Part shown: positions 41,041 through 51,543 of the stretch, one piece after another
Position numbering within the stretch: position 1 is the first letter of the stretch
Layout: each line of letters opens with the position of its first letter
Assembly (NCBI GenBank): GCA_002450835.1
Contig: DKAM01000030.1
Span: forward strand, 63,688-127,687
Reading direction: 5' to 3'
Source of the DNA: Dehalococcoidia bacterium UBA6926
GTDB taxonomy: Bacteria > Chloroflexota > Dehalococcoidia > UBA6926
Length of the DNA stretch: 64,000 nucleotides
Position numbers and translations under genes: made by a program
Notes under the pieces: model-generated
What the model was told of the DNA's origin: nothing
The model's database searches: none
Seen by the model: only the letters and a program-made list of their open reading frames with translations

Positions 41041-41451
41041 TTAATTAATTTCTACGCTCGCTCCAGCTTCTTCTAGTTTTTTCTTAATATCTTCAGACTC
41101 TGATTTCGCAACATTTTCTTTTATCTCTTTTGGAGCAGATTCAACGAGGTCTTTCGCTTCTTTCAAGCCTAAACCGGGAACTACTTCTCTAACGGCCTTA
41201 ATAACATTAATCTTGTTAGGGCCAATTTCCTTCAAAACTACAGTTACCTCGGCTTCGTCTGCATCTGCGTCTCCGCCAGAAGCTGCGGGTGCAGCATCAC
41301 CAGCACCTGCAGATGGTGCTGTAGCAGCCGCTGGTGCCGCTGCTACAGCAGTAACTCCCAGCCTCTCCTCTAAAGTCTTAACTAAATCCGCTAGATCTAG
41401 AACAGACATTTCTTCTATCGCTGCTACGATGTCCTCTTTTTTTGTCGCCAT
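41041..41451 (-). CDS. rplL: 50S ribosomal protein L7/L12
   Basis: Ala/Pro-rich hinge and conserved C-terminal domain ([10 protein letters not shown]...[12 protein letters not shown]). Its ATG overlaps the rplJ stop (TAATG). Confidence 0.95.
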   Translation of the reverse strand: MATKKEDIVAAIEEMSVLDLADLVKTLEERLGVTAVAAAPAAATAPSAGAGDAAPAASGGDADADEAEVTVVLKEIGPNKINVIKAVREVVPGLGLKEAKDLVESAPKEIKENVAKSESEDIKKKLEEAGASVEIN

Positions 41452-41981
41452 TATTTATTCCTTTCCTCCACCTGTATTCTTCTTTGTTCAATAGTATTAA
41501 CCAATTTTATTAAAGCGTTCTTAAGCACTGAAACTAAACCCTGGGATGGAGCATTTAATCCACCCAGCAGTCGAGATAGAATGACATCCTTAGATGGCAA
41601 TTTAGCCAAAGTGTCAATTTGCTTCGCATCAACAATCGCTCCGTCGATTAAAGCTCCCAAAATTTTCATGTCTAATCGGTTTTCATTGATATAATCACTC
41701 AGAGCTTTAGCTACAGCGACGGGTTCCGAATGTGATGTTACCAATCCCGTAGGTCCATCAACTATCTCCGAAATATTATCGCTGTCAATATTATTTGCTG
41801 CTATAGCTAAAAGGCGGTTTTTTACCACCCGATAACTCGCGTCTGACGCCCGAAGTGCACGCCTTAACCCTTGCATATCTTCCACGTTCAGACCGCGATA
41901 ATTAGTTCCTATAATGATAGTGTTATCTTTTAGATAAGATTCTAGTTCTTCAACTTGTTCTATTTTCTTTGTCGCAACCAT
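41451..41981 (-). CDS. rplJ: 50S ribosomal protein L10
   Basis: L10 family protein sitting between rplA and rplL. Confidence 0.9.
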   Translation of the reverse strand: MVATKKIEQVEELESYLKDNTIIIGTNYRGLNVEDMQGLRRALRASDASYRVVKNRLLAIAANNIDSDNISEIVDGPTGLVTSHSEPVAVAKALSDYINENRLDMKILGALIDGAIVDAKQIDTLAKLPSKDVILSRLLGGLNAPSQGLVSVLKNALIKLVNTIEQRRIQVEERNK

Positions 41982-41987
41982 AAGTTA

Positions 41988-42707
41988 CTAAGCCAAACCT
42001 CTCATATCCGATACCGCATTAATATCCATTTTTATACCAGGACCCATCGTGCTGCTTAATGATACACTCTTAATATATTGACCCTTAATTGTATCTGGTT
42101 TGTCGGCAAGAATTGCATCCATAAGTACGGCAAGATTACCAGTCAGTTGATCTTCATCAAAACTAGCTTTACCGATAGGGCTATGAATTATGCCAAAACG
42201 GTCAAGCCGGTACTCTATACGCCCTTTCTTCGAATCCAAAATCGACTTTTCAAGATCATCCGGTTCAACCACAGTTCCTGCACGAGGACTCGGCATCAAT
42301 CCTTTTCTTCCTAGTACTCTTCCTAGTTTACCAATCCGAGTCATAATATCAGGAGTTGCCAAAGCAACATCGAATTCAGTCCATCCTTCTTCAACACGAG
42401 CAACGAGCTCATCTGCCCCTACAAAATCTGCTCCGGCATCTTCGGCAATTTTTTGAGCCTCACCCGCAGCAAACACAAGAACGGTCAGTGTCTTACCAAC
42501 TCCGTGGGGTAAAACAACAACTCCTCTGACCTGTTGGTCAGCCTGACGTGAATCAACATTTAGTCGAGCATGTAGCTCTATAGTCTCATCAAACGAAGCC
42601 GTAGAGCTATTTTTTACTAGATTGATAGCTTCAACGGGTGAATACAACATTCCACTATCAATGTTCCCTTCAGATTCAGAATATCTTTTACTGCGCTTAT
42701 TACCCAT
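41988..42707 (-). CDS. rplA: 50S ribosomal protein L1
   Basis: Conserved L1 motifs (RGVVVLPHGVGK, GRVLGRKGLMPSP). Confidence 0.95.
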   Translation of the reverse strand: MGNKRSKRYSESEGNIDSGMLYSPVEAINLVKNSSTASFDETIELHARLNVDSRQADQQVRGVVVLPHGVGKTLTVLVFAAGEAQKIAEDAGADFVGADELVARVEEGWTEFDVALATPDIMTRIGKLGRVLGRKGLMPSPRAGTVVEPDDLEKSILDSKKGRIEYRLDRFGIIHSPIGKASFDEDQLTGNLAVLMDAILADKPDTIKGQYIKSVSLSSTMGPGIKMDINAVSDMRGLA

Positions 42708-42732
42708 GCTAGTTTCTTTCTAATTCTCCTAT

Positions 42733-43164
42733 TTAGTTCTCAGATACTTGAATACCCATACTTCTTGCGGAACCAATAACCATATTTACAGCCGCATCCA
42801 CATCATCAGTATTGAGGTCTTCAAGTTTTATTTTCGCAATTTCCTTAACTTTATCTAGACTAACGGTTCCAACATTCTCTGTCCTTACATCAGAACTTCC
42901 TTTATCAACCCCAACTGCTTTCCGAAGTAAATCAGAAACCGGAGGAGTCTTTGTAATGAAAGTAAATGATCTATCCTCATATATGGTAATGTCAGCTGGA
43001 ATGATGTTTCCACTTTGCGATGCAGTTTTTGCGTTGTACTCTTTAACAAAACCCATAATATTAACCCCGTGCGGACCCAATGCGGTCCCGACAGGAGGTG
43101 CCGGTGTTGCTTTACCTGCCTCGATCTGTAATCTCACAACTGCGCGTACTTTTCTAGCCACCAT
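42733..43164 (-). CDS. rplK: 50S ribosomal protein L11
   Basis: [30 protein letters not shown] motif. Confidence 0.95.
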   Translation of the reverse strand: MVARKVRAVVRLQIEAGKATPAPPVGTALGPHGVNIMGFVKEYNAKTASQSGNIIPADITIYEDRSFTFITKTPPVSDLLRKAVGVDKGSSDVRTENVGTVSLDKVKEIAKIKLEDLNTDDVDAAVNMVIGSARSMGIQVSEN

Positions 43165-43187
43165 AGCTCCTAAAATTTAGATATTTA

Positions 43188-43745
43188 TTAGATTTTTTCT
43201 ACTTGCAGAAAATCTAACTCTACGGGCGTTTCTCGACCAAAAAACGATACCATAACAATGACTTTCCCTCTATCTTCATTAACCTCTTCCACAGAACCCA
43301 TGAAATCCAAAAATGGGCCATCCGTGATTTTTACACTCTCGCCTGTCGAATATCCTACACTGACTCTAGGAGCCTCTGCTTCCATCTGATGAAGAATATT
43401 CCTCACCTCAGAATCAGCTAGGGGAACCGGTCTGGGTGGATCTCCACTACTAACAAATCCGGTAACTCCCGGTGTTTCTCTAATCACTCTCCAAGTGCGA
43501 TCATCCATGATCATTTCTACTAATATGTATCCAGGAAACACTTTTTTTGTTACGGTTTTTTTCTCGCCACCTTTAATTTCTATTTGCTCTTCAGTAGGTA
43601 CAACAACACTTAAAACCAAATTCTGAACATCCAGAGACTCTATCCTGTTCTCTAAATTTCGTCTGACTCTCTCTTCTTGGCCAGAATAGGTATGCACTAC
43701 ATACCAATCGGATGTAGGGTTATCAGTTTGTTCTGTATCGACCAT
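43188..43745 (-). CDS. nusG: transcription termination/antitermination factor NusG
   Basis: NGN domain (WYVVHTYSGQE) and KOW domain (VKITDGPFLDFMGSVEEV). Confidence 0.9.
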   Translation of the reverse strand: MVDTEQTDNPTSDWYVVHTYSGQEERVRRNLENRIESLDVQNLVLSVVVPTEEQIEIKGGEKKTVTKKVFPGYILVEMIMDDRTWRVIRETPGVTGFVSSGDPPRPVPLADSEVRNILHQMEAEAPRVSVGYSTGESVKITDGPFLDFMGSVEEVNEDRGKVIVMVSFFGRETPVELDFLQVEKI

Positions 43746-43768
43746 GTATAAATCTCTAATCTCTTAAA

Positions 43769-43999
43769 TTACACGTTTACAATAAAGGTTGAAAAAATCT
43801 TACTAAAAACAAAATCAGCCAATCCCAGTACAACTCCCATGAAAGCAGAAACAACTAGTACCATAACTGTAAGTCGCCTAGCCTCTTCTTTAGAAGGCCA
43901 AGTGGATTTTTTTAACTCAGAAATAACTTCTCTAGGAACTCTTAAAAGCCCTCCTGATCGAGAATCTCTGTTGGTCCTAACTGGGTTCCTTGTACTCAT
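43769..43999 (-). CDS. secE: preprotein translocase subunit SecE
   Basis: 76 aa with a single C-terminal TM helix and an ELKKSTWPSKEE motif. Lies between rpmG and nusG. Confidence 0.85.
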   Translation of the reverse strand: MSTRNPVRTNRDSRSGGLLRVPREVISELKKSTWPSKEEARRLTVMVLVVSAFMGVVLGLADFVFSKIFSTFIVNV

Positions 44000-44008
44000 C
44001 GTTACTTC

Positions 44009-44176
44009 CTATCGAACCTCACGATGAATCCTATGTTGGCGACATCGAGGGCAAAATTTATTGAACTCAATACGATCAGAATCATTTCTCCTGTTTTTTT
44101 CAGTAGAATAAGTCCGCTCACTACACTCCACACAAGACAGCGTTACCAGCACGCGAGCTCCGCTTTTTTTTGCCAT
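44009..44176 (-). CDS. rpmG: 50S ribosomal protein L33 (below the ORF-track size cutoff, found by manual translation)
   Basis: Minus-strand translation gives [55 protein letters not shown], with four Cys (CxxC...CxxC). Lies between tuf and secE. Confidence 0.85.
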   Translation of the reverse strand: MAKKSGARVLVTLSCVECSERTYSTEKNRRNDSDRIEFNKFCPRCRQHRIHREVR

Positions 44177-44217
44177 TTTTACATACAAGTCAGCTCAAAA
44201 TTTTACGGGTATCATAT

Positions 44218-45417
44218 TTAGTCTGAGACTTTAGTGATGACACCAGAGCCAACCGTGCGTCCTCCTTCTCTGATAGCGAACCTCAATCCTTCTTCCATCG
44301 CAATAGGTGTAATAAGCTCAATTCTCATCTCAACACTATCACCTGGCATAATCATTTCAGTTCCATCTGGGAGATGTGCGCTCCCAGTCACGTCAGTCGT
44401 CCTAATATAGAATTGTGGTTTGTAACCATCAAAAAACGGAGTATGCCTACCACCTTCATCTCGAGTAAGGATATACACTTGGGCTTCCGCCTTCGTATGA
44501 GGGGTTACGGTGTTAGGTTCGGCTACTACTTGACCACGTACGACTTCTTCTCTATCAATTCCTCTAATCAACAATCCAACGGCATCCCCTGGTTCAGTTT
44601 CATCGACCTCTTTATGAAACATTTCGATACCAGTCGTGACAGTTGTTTTGTTATCGTCAAAACCAATAATGTCGATAGTATCTCCTACCTTAAGAGTTCC
44701 TCTTTCAACACGGCCAGTTACCACTGTACCTCTTCCTTTAATTCCAAACACATCTTCGATTGGCATCAAGAAAGGTTGGTCCTTGGGTCGATCTGGTTCT
44801 GGTATATAACTATCTACCGCTTCCATTAATTGAACAATGGGCTGATAAACTTCTGCACTTATATCTTCAGAAGATTCCTCAAGAACACCTAGGGCGCTCC
44901 CTCGAATTATTGGAATCTCATCTCCTGGAAAATCATACTGAGAAAGCAGCTCTCTAACTTCCAATTCTACAAGCTCAAGTAACTCTTCATCATCCATCTG
45001 ATCAACCTTGTTCAGAAAAACAACAATACGAGGAACTTCCACCTGTCGAGCTAACAAAATATGCTCTCGCGTCTGAGGCATCGGACCATCGGGGGCGCTA
45101 ACCACAAGGATAGCACCATCCATCTGCGCCGCTCCTGTAATCATATTTTTGATGTAATCGGCGTGACCCGGGCAATCTACGTGTGCATAATGCCGTGTTG
45201 CCGTCTCATACTCAACATGAGATATATTGATTGTGACGCCACGTGCTCTTTCTTCAGGCGCATTGTCTATACTATCAAATGCTCGGAACTCACTGGTTCC
45301 AGCAGTATTTAATACTTTTGTGATAGCAGCAGTCAACGTTGTTTTACCATGATCCACGTGACCAATCGTCCCCACATTCAAATGCGGCTTGTTCCGCACA
45401 AATTTCTGTTTGGCCAT
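44218..45417 (-). CDS. tuf: elongation factor Tu
   Basis: [18 protein letters not shown] and SAL G-motifs. 399 aa. Confidence 0.97.
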   Translation of the reverse strand: MAKQKFVRNKPHLNVGTIGHVDHGKTTLTAAITKVLNTAGTSEFRAFDSIDNAPEERARGVTINISHVEYETATRHYAHVDCPGHADYIKNMITGAAQMDGAILVVSAPDGPMPQTREHILLARQVEVPRIVVFLNKVDQMDDEELLELVELEVRELLSQYDFPGDEIPIIRGSALGVLEESSEDISAEVYQPIVQLMEAVDSYIPEPDRPKDQPFLMPIEDVFGIKGRGTVVTGRVERGTLKVGDTIDIIGFDDNKTTVTTGIEMFHKEVDETEPGDAVGLLIRGIDREEVVRGQVVAEPNTVTPHTKAEAQVYILTRDEGGRHTPFFDGYKPQFYIRTTDVTGSAHLPDGTEMIMPGDSVEMRIELITPIAMEEGLRFAIREGGRTVGSGVITKVSD

Positions 45418-45442
45418 GACCTTATCTAAGCCTCCTTCACCA

Positions 45443-45517
45443 TGGAGCCCACAACCAGACTTGAACTGGTGACCTCGTTCTTACCAAGAACGTGCTCTAC
45501 CGCTGAGCTATGTGGGC
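45443..45517 (-). tRNA. tRNA-Thr (anticodon GGU)
   Basis: Manual fold of the minus strand gives acceptor GCCCACA/TGTGGGC, anticodon loop TTGGTAA, T-arm ACCAGTTCAAGTCTGGT, and CCA encoded. Confidence 0.8.
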
Positions 45518-45586
45518 CCGCTTAAATCTAATAAATCCGATAAAAATTTTGTTCTTTACGGGTACACCAGTAAATCAACATTCTCT

Positions 45587-45662
45587 TGGAGCCCGAGAGG
45601 GGATTCGAACCCGCTAACCTGCCGATTACAAATCGGCTGCGCTACCATTGCGCCACTCGGGC
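45587..45662 (-). tRNA. tRNA-Thr (anticodon UGU)
   Basis: Acceptor GCCCGAG/CTCGGGC, D-arm GCGCAATGGTAGCGC, anticodon loop TTTGTAA, short variable loop so not Tyr. One C-C mismatch in the T-stem. Confidence 0.7.
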
Positions 45663-45808
45663 CACGCGACTGTCAAACCCTGCTCGACACCACAAGAAAA
45701 TAAGCTAGCAAATGCTAGCGGATTTAAGTATGAATGTTAGGATGGATCACGTCAAGTTAATTTAATCAGGATAATATAGATTTAATAATAAAATATTACT
45801 AGGCGATT

Positions 45809-47173
45809 TCAGAATTTTTTGATCGCATCTTCAATATTATTCACCTTAATTAGATTTATATCTATTTCATTTAAAGAATCGCTTGGAACAAACGACTTTG
45901 GCACTATTACCCTTTGAAAGCCCAGTCTTGCTAACTCTGTGATACGCCTTTCTATGTATATAGACTTCCTAATCTCTCCAGTCAAACCCAGTTCTCCTAC
46001 TGCAGCCGTGCTCGCCGGAAACTCTTTATCAAGAGCACTACTTGCAATCGCAAGGGCGATACCTAGATCAGCAGCAGGTTCACTAACCCTAATACCACCG
46101 ACAACATTTACTATTATATCTTTCCCTATAATATCAACCGAAGATTGTTTCGAAAGCACTGCAGATATTAAGACTAATCTATTAAGCTCTATACCGTTTG
46201 CCGTTCTCCTTGGCTCAAACGAATTTCCTGTTTGGGAAACCAAAGATTGGACTTCGACTAACAATGGTCTTGTGCCCTCAATTATTGGAACTACAACAGA
46301 GCCAGGAACACCTTCTGGTCGTTCTGAAATCAAATCACTTGAAGGGTCAAGAACTTCAACCAAGCCATTCTCTCGCATTTCCAAAACAGCCATCTCATTT
46401 GTAGAGCCAAATCGATTTTTTAGACCATGCAAAGATCTGAAAGATCCAGAAGCGTTACCATCCAATTGGAGTACGACATCAACCGAATGTTCTAGAACCT
46501 TAGGCCCTGCGACTGAACCCTCTTTGGTCAAATGCCCACTCATAAAGAGGGGAACCTGTGAAATTTTAGACCAAGTTATTAGTTTGGAAGCGCAAGCTCG
46601 GATTTGAGCAACAGAACCAGCAACTGAATCTAACCCAGGATCGACTAAAGTTTGGATAGAATCTATTATGACAATCGATTGTTCATGTTGATTCAATTCA
46701 AACAAAATCGAGTCAACATCGGTTTCGGGAAATATCTCTAAACGCTTACCTTCAATCCCAATTCTTTTTCCTCTAATACCTATTTGATCCGGTGATTCCT
46801 CACCCGCAATATAATAGATCCTCCCATCATTGCGATCGCTCAATCCATCCGCTAAATGTAATAATAGGGTCGATTTACCTATGCCAGGTTCGCCAACTAA
46901 TAAAGTAGTTGAACCTTTGACCACTCCTCCTCCTAGAACCCTCTCTGTTTCTGGCATGCCAAAAAGAATCCTGTCAGGCGCTTCCGCAGACCCCAGTATT
47001 TCCGAAAATTTGTATGATTGTACTGAAGATTTATCTTTGAGTGTTTGAGCCCCTGAGTGTTTTTCAATCTCAACTAAAGATCCCCAAGCATCGCATATGG
47101 GGCACCTTCCCAGCCAACTGTTGGACTCATTTCCGCAAGCAGTACAACTATATGCTAATTTGCCTTTAGCCAT
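45809..47173 (-). CDS. radA: DNA repair protein RadA (Sms)
   Basis: N-terminal C4 zinc finger (CTACGNES...CPIC), Walker A GEPGIGKST, KNRFG motif, C-terminal Lon-like domain. Confidence 0.9.
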   Translation of the reverse strand: MAKGKLAYSCTACGNESNSWLGRCPICDAWGSLVEIEKHSGAQTLKDKSSVQSYKFSEILGSAEAPDRILFGMPETERVLGGGVVKGSTTLLVGEPGIGKSTLLLHLADGLSDRNDGRIYYIAGEESPDQIGIRGKRIGIEGKRLEIFPETDVDSILFELNQHEQSIVIIDSIQTLVDPGLDSVAGSVAQIRACASKLITWSKISQVPLFMSGHLTKEGSVAGPKVLEHSVDVVLQLDGNASGSFRSLHGLKNRFGSTNEMAVLEMRENGLVEVLDPSSDLISERPEGVPGSVVVPIIEGTRPLLVEVQSLVSQTGNSFEPRRTANGIELNRLVLISAVLSKQSSVDIIGKDIIVNVVGGIRVSEPAADLGIALAIASSALDKEFPASTAAVGELGLTGEIRKSIYIERRITELARLGFQRVIVPKSFVPSDSLNEIDINLIKVNNIEDAIKKF

Positions 47174-47298
47174 AATAAATCCTAATCATTCCACCGATTG
47201 TTACGAGTACAATAATATGCCTGCCCGGAAATAACCACACTAAATTAGAATTTGATAAATAAAGCGACCCCATTTAAATCTATAAAAGTTAATTAAAG

Positions 47299-49806
47299 CT
47301 ACGCGACCGGGCTTTTCTCACCATCAACTTCAGAGTCATTACTTTCTTCAGATGCATCAGAAGCTTCCGGTGTGATTACGCTAATCGAAATCTCCTCATC
47401 CACAAAATCCACCAGAACATCATTTCCTTCATCGATAGTGCCATCCAAGATCAAATCGGATAATTTATCCTCGATCAAATTCTGTATGACCCTCCGGAGG
47501 GGACGAGCACCATAAGTTTCATCGTAACCTTCACGGCCAATATAATCTCTAGCTTCGTTCGTAACCTCAATGGTAATTTGTTTTTCTGAAAGTTGTTTTT
47601 CAAGGTCCGCAATCATAAGATCAACAATTTCACGTATATGCTCTTCCGATAGCGCATGAAATACAACCTGAGCATCGATCCGATTAAGGAATTCTGGCCT
47701 GAAGAATTGCTTAACTTCATTAAGAACTTTATCCTTCATCGCTTCGTAAGATTTTTTCCTAGCCTTAGCGCCATCTGCTTCAAGTGAAAACCCTATATTA
47801 GAGTCTTTCTTAATCACCTCTGCACCTATATTTGATGTCATAACAATAACAGCATTACGGAAATCTACTTTTCTCCCTTTGGCATCGGTTAAATGGCCGT
47901 CATCAAATATCTGAAGGAGAATATTGAAAACTTCTGGATGCGCTTTTTCAATTTCATCAAGCAAAATAACACAATATGATTTCCGGCGAACGGCCTCTGT
48001 AAGTTGACCTCCATCATCATATCCAACATATCCTGGGGGCGACCCAACCAATCTCGCCACGCTATGACGCTCCATAAACTCGGACATATCAAGACGAATC
48101 ATTGCTTCTTCAGACCCAAACATAAAATCTGAAAGGGTGCGGACGAGCTCGGTTTTACCAACTCCTGTGGGTCCTAAGAACAAGAAATTACCTATCGGAC
48201 GTCTAGGATCCTTTAAACCAGCCCTAGCTCTCCTAACCGCTTTTGAAACGGTCAAAATAGCTTCATCTTGGCCAATTATCCTATCATGCATTGCTTCTTC
48301 CATATGGATCAATCTGGCTGTTTCTTCTTTAGCCAAACGCATCACGGGAATATTTGTCCACATGCTGACCACTTGAGCTATATCTTCTTCAGTTACCTGT
48401 GGTTCTACGTCGGTACGCTCTTTCTGCCATTCTTGCTCAAGCTTAGCAATTCTCTCAGCTAAGCTTACTTCTCGCTCACGCATCTCAGACGCGAAATCGA
48501 AATTGCCTGATTCAACGGCTGTATCTTTCTCAGTTCTTACTCTCTCTAAAGCGATCATCGCCTCTTTCACCGACAAAGGTGTTGAAGACGCTTTAATACG
48601 AACACGGCTCGCAGCCTCATCAATAAGATCTATTGCTTTATCCGGTAAGAAACGATCGGCAATATACCTGGAAGCCAAATTAGCGGCCGCATATATAGCT
48701 TCATCAGTTATTTTCAAGTTATGATGCTCTTCATAAGCGGCTTTCACCCCTTTAAGAATCTCTGCCGTATCATCTGATGAGGGTTCCTCAACGGTTACCG
48801 GTTGGAAACGACGCTCCAAAGCGGGATCACGCTCAATATGTTTGCGATAATCATCTAAGGTGGTAGCCCCTATGGTCTGAATCTCACCACGAGCCAGAGA
48901 CGGCTTCAATATATTTGAAGCATCAACCGCGCCTTCTGCAGCACCAGCTCCAACAAGAGTATGCATTTCGTCTATAAACAAAATAGTATTCTTAGCAGTT
49001 CTCATTTCATCAACTACTTTTTTGAGGCGCTCTTCAAACTCTCCTCTATACTTAGTACCAGCTACCAGAGCACCCATATCTAAAGTCACTAACCTCATTC
49101 CAGCGAGGCTTTCTGGTACATCGCCGGAAACAATCCTTTGAGCCATAGCTTCTACAATAGCTGTTTTACCGACACCAGGTTCCCCGATTAAAACGGGGTT
49201 ATTCTTGGTTCTTCGGGATAAAATTTGTATTACTCTTTCTATTTCCTTTGATCTACCAACGACTGGATCAAGATCACCTTTTTTTGCCATAACGGTTAAA
49301 TCAACTCCTAGTTGATCTAACGTTGGAGTTTTTGTGGATGAGCGAGATCCGGATTTTTGGCCACCTTCATTCAATATCTTAGTTGTTGCGTCTCGAGATT
49401 TGTCTAAAGAAACGCCCAAGCTCTCGAGAACCCCGGCTGCGACACCTTCTCCCTCGCGAAGAAGACCTATCAACAGATGTTCGGTCCCTATGTATTGATG
49501 AGACATCTGTCGAGCTTCGTCAACAGCAAGTTCAATAACTTTTTTGGCGCGGGGGGTCAATCCAACATCACCTGTAGTGGGTTTTTCACCACGCCCAATA
49601 ATGAATTCAACAGCCGACCGAACTTTAGAAAGATCGATGTCCATTGATATTAAGACTCTAGTACCAACTCCTTCAGGCTCTCGTACCAAACCTAATAAAA
49701 CGTGCTCAGTTCCAATATAATTATGATTAAAATGCTGAGCTTCCTCTTGAGCCAAGGATAATACTCGTCTAGCTCTCTCTGAAAATTTCTCAAATCTGCT
49801 AGCCAT
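47299..49806 (-). CDS. clpC: ATP-dependent Clp protease ATP-binding subunit ClpC
   Basis: Two Clp_N repeats, two AAA+ modules (GEPGVGKT; GPTGVGKT), a UVR-like linker, and a ClpP-binding loop region. Confidence 0.9.
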   Translation of the reverse strand: MASRFEKFSERARRVLSLAQEEAQHFNHNYIGTEHVLLGLVREPEGVGTRVLISMDIDLSKVRSAVEFIIGRGEKPTTGDVGLTPRAKKVIELAVDEARQMSHQYIGTEHLLIGLLREGEGVAAGVLESLGVSLDKSRDATTKILNEGGQKSGSRSSTKTPTLDQLGVDLTVMAKKGDLDPVVGRSKEIERVIQILSRRTKNNPVLIGEPGVGKTAIVEAMAQRIVSGDVPESLAGMRLVTLDMGALVAGTKYRGEFEERLKKVVDEMRTAKNTILFIDEMHTLVGAGAAEGAVDASNILKPSLARGEIQTIGATTLDDYRKHIERDPALERRFQPVTVEEPSSDDTAEILKGVKAAYEEHHNLKITDEAIYAAANLASRYIADRFLPDKAIDLIDEAASRVRIKASSTPLSVKEAMIALERVRTEKDTAVESGNFDFASEMREREVSLAERIAKLEQEWQKERTDVEPQVTEEDIAQVVSMWTNIPVMRLAKEETARLIHMEEAMHDRIIGQDEAILTVSKAVRRARAGLKDPRRPIGNFLFLGPTGVGKTELVRTLSDFMFGSEEAMIRLDMSEFMERHSVARLVGSPPGYVGYDDGGQLTEAVRRKSYCVILLDEIEKAHPEVFNILLQIFDDGHLTDAKGRKVDFRNAVIVMTSNIGAEVIKKDSNIGFSLEADGAKARKKSYEAMKDKVLNEVKQFFRPEFLNRIDAQVVFHALSEEHIREIVDLMIADLEKQLSEKQITIEVTNEARDYIGREGYDETYGARPLRRVIQNLIEDKLSDLILDGTIDEGNDVLVDFVDEEISISVITPEASDASEESNDSEVDGEKSPVA

Positions 49807-49854
49807 AGTTTAACTCCTAAGTTTCGTTTGCTTTGGTTTAGACTACCTCAATTA

Positions 49855-51276
49855 CTAACCAGATTTACCTTCCTCTACATCATCCTCTGATGTGTCCGCA
49901 GAAGCAACATCACCAATAACTAATTCCTCATTACCCTCTGATGCGACCTCCGAAGTTTCATCCATATCCTCCGGTGAATCATCTGATTTCTCTGGAGTTC
50001 CTTCAACAGCTTGATCCTCCAAAGTAGTTTCGTCAACTTTTTCGGGTGACGTTACATCTGATTCTTCCTCAGAAGAAGCAGTTTCTTGTTCATCAGGTGC
50101 TATTTCTTCAGACGCGATAGTCTCAGATACGTCCACGGTATCTTGAACCTGGCGAATACTCAAACCAAGTCTTCTTCGCTCGGGTTCAATACGTAATATC
50201 TTAACTTGATGGGAATCACCTTCGTGAACAATTTCCTTAGGATGCCGTACATGGTTTTCAGACAATTCAGATATGTGAATCAGACCTTCTATATTATCTT
50301 GAATCTTAGCAAAAGCTCCGAAAGGTGTTAGCCGTGTAATCGTTGCCTCAACTATGTCACCTTCTGAAAATTTAGATATCTCTATTTGCCATGGATCTGG
50401 CTCGGTACGTCTTAAGCTTAAAGAGATTCTACCAGACTCCGTATCCACTTTAAGTATAAATACATCTATTTCATCACTTGGTTGAACTATATCTGACGGA
50501 GCCTCTACTGGTTGCCATGAAAGTTCAGATATGTGAATGAGTCCATCAATGCCTCCTAAATCAACGAAAGCACCAAACTCCCTAACACCGGTCACACGAC
50601 CTTTTACAATTGATCCTTCTGTCAATTCGGACATCAATTGCATCCGCTGCTCATCACGCTCTTCTTGATTAAACACTCTTTCAGACAGGATAGCGCGCTG
50701 TCTTCTTTTGTTTACTTCAATAATTTTTAATGATAGCTCTTCACCTATCATTTTTTCCAATATCTCAGCAATCTGTTCTTCATTACTTTCCTGCATCTCA
50801 GATCGACGATCAGAGGATAACTGCGAAAGAGGCACAAACCCTTGTACACCCAAAGCGTCTACAAGGAGGCCCCCACGGTTATATCCAGTCACTGTCACTT
50901 CGATGGAATTTCCGGCTTCCATTTCTTGCTCAAGCTGGATCCATCCTCTTTCAGCCTGTGCTTTGTCATAAGACAGCAAATATTGGCCATTATCTTCCTG
51001 TCGCATCATTATTGTTACGATGGGATCTCCTGGGCTTAAAGCCGCAACTCCGGAATCCCCCAAACTACGAATTTCTCTCATTGGGACAACACCTTCACTT
51101 TTTGCCCCAATATTGACCAATACACCTTCTTCATTAATAAGTATTACTTTCCCCTCAAGAGCTTCACCTCTTCTCAGAGAAGGCATCTTACTAATTTCTT
51201 CTTCTAGAAGCCGCGCCATCTCGTTTTGTTCACTCAACTCGCTAGCATCTAAGTCATCACTTTTGTCTCGAACCAT
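49855..51276 (-). CDS. rpsA: 30S ribosomal protein S1 with an acidic low-complexity C-terminal extension
   Basis: Four S1 repeats. The C-terminal ~95 aa are extremely Asp/Glu/Ser/Thr-rich. Confidence 0.85.
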   Translation of the reverse strand: MVRDKSDDLDASELSEQNEMARLLEEEISKMPSLRRGEALEGKVILINEEGVLVNIGAKSEGVVPMREIRSLGDSGVAALSPGDPIVTIMMRQEDNGQYLLSYDKAQAERGWIQLEQEMEAGNSIEVTVTGYNRGGLLVDALGVQGFVPLSQLSSDRRSEMQESNEEQIAEILEKMIGEELSLKIIEVNKRRQRAILSERVFNQEERDEQRMQLMSELTEGSIVKGRVTGVREFGAFVDLGGIDGLIHISELSWQPVEAPSDIVQPSDEIDVFILKVDTESGRISLSLRRTEPDPWQIEISKFSEGDIVEATITRLTPFGAFAKIQDNIEGLIHISELSENHVRHPKEIVHEGDSHQVKILRIEPERRRLGLSIRQVQDTVDVSETIASEEIAPDEQETASSEEESDVTSPEKVDETTLEDQAVEGTPEKSDDSPEDMDETSEVASEGNEELVIGDVASADTSEDDVEEGKSG

Positions 51277-51543
51277 AAATTAATCCCACCGTAATACCCC
51301 TTTTGGCGAAAGCACTAAGTTTGTGCTTCCAGGTCTATTACACACACATTATACACCCGAGGAGACCCACATGTATTTTTAATGGATCGAATAAGCCGAT
51401 AAAACTAGTTTACTGAAATAAAATACTGCAACCATCTCCATAAAAAAGGATGCAGCTAAGTTATTATGGCATGCTCAGAAAACCGATTATATGGTGTATG
51501 TTATTAAGAGGTATTTAGATAAACCCGACACAAGGAGAATGCT

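Noticed and set aside
41213-41494. Ala-rich + strand ORF (and similar antisense ORFs 45939..46607, 50708..51283, 42190..42456, 16073..16429)
   Set aside because: These are antisense shadows of highly expressed, well-supported genes (rplL, radA, rpsA, rplA, rsfS), with compositional mirror bias and no RBS.
45587-45662. Initial reading of this tRNA as tRNA-Tyr (GUA)
   Set aside because: Folding with a perfect 5-bp anticodon stem gives the loop UUUGUAA (anticodon UGU, Thr). The variable loop is short, whereas bacterial tRNA-Tyr is class II.
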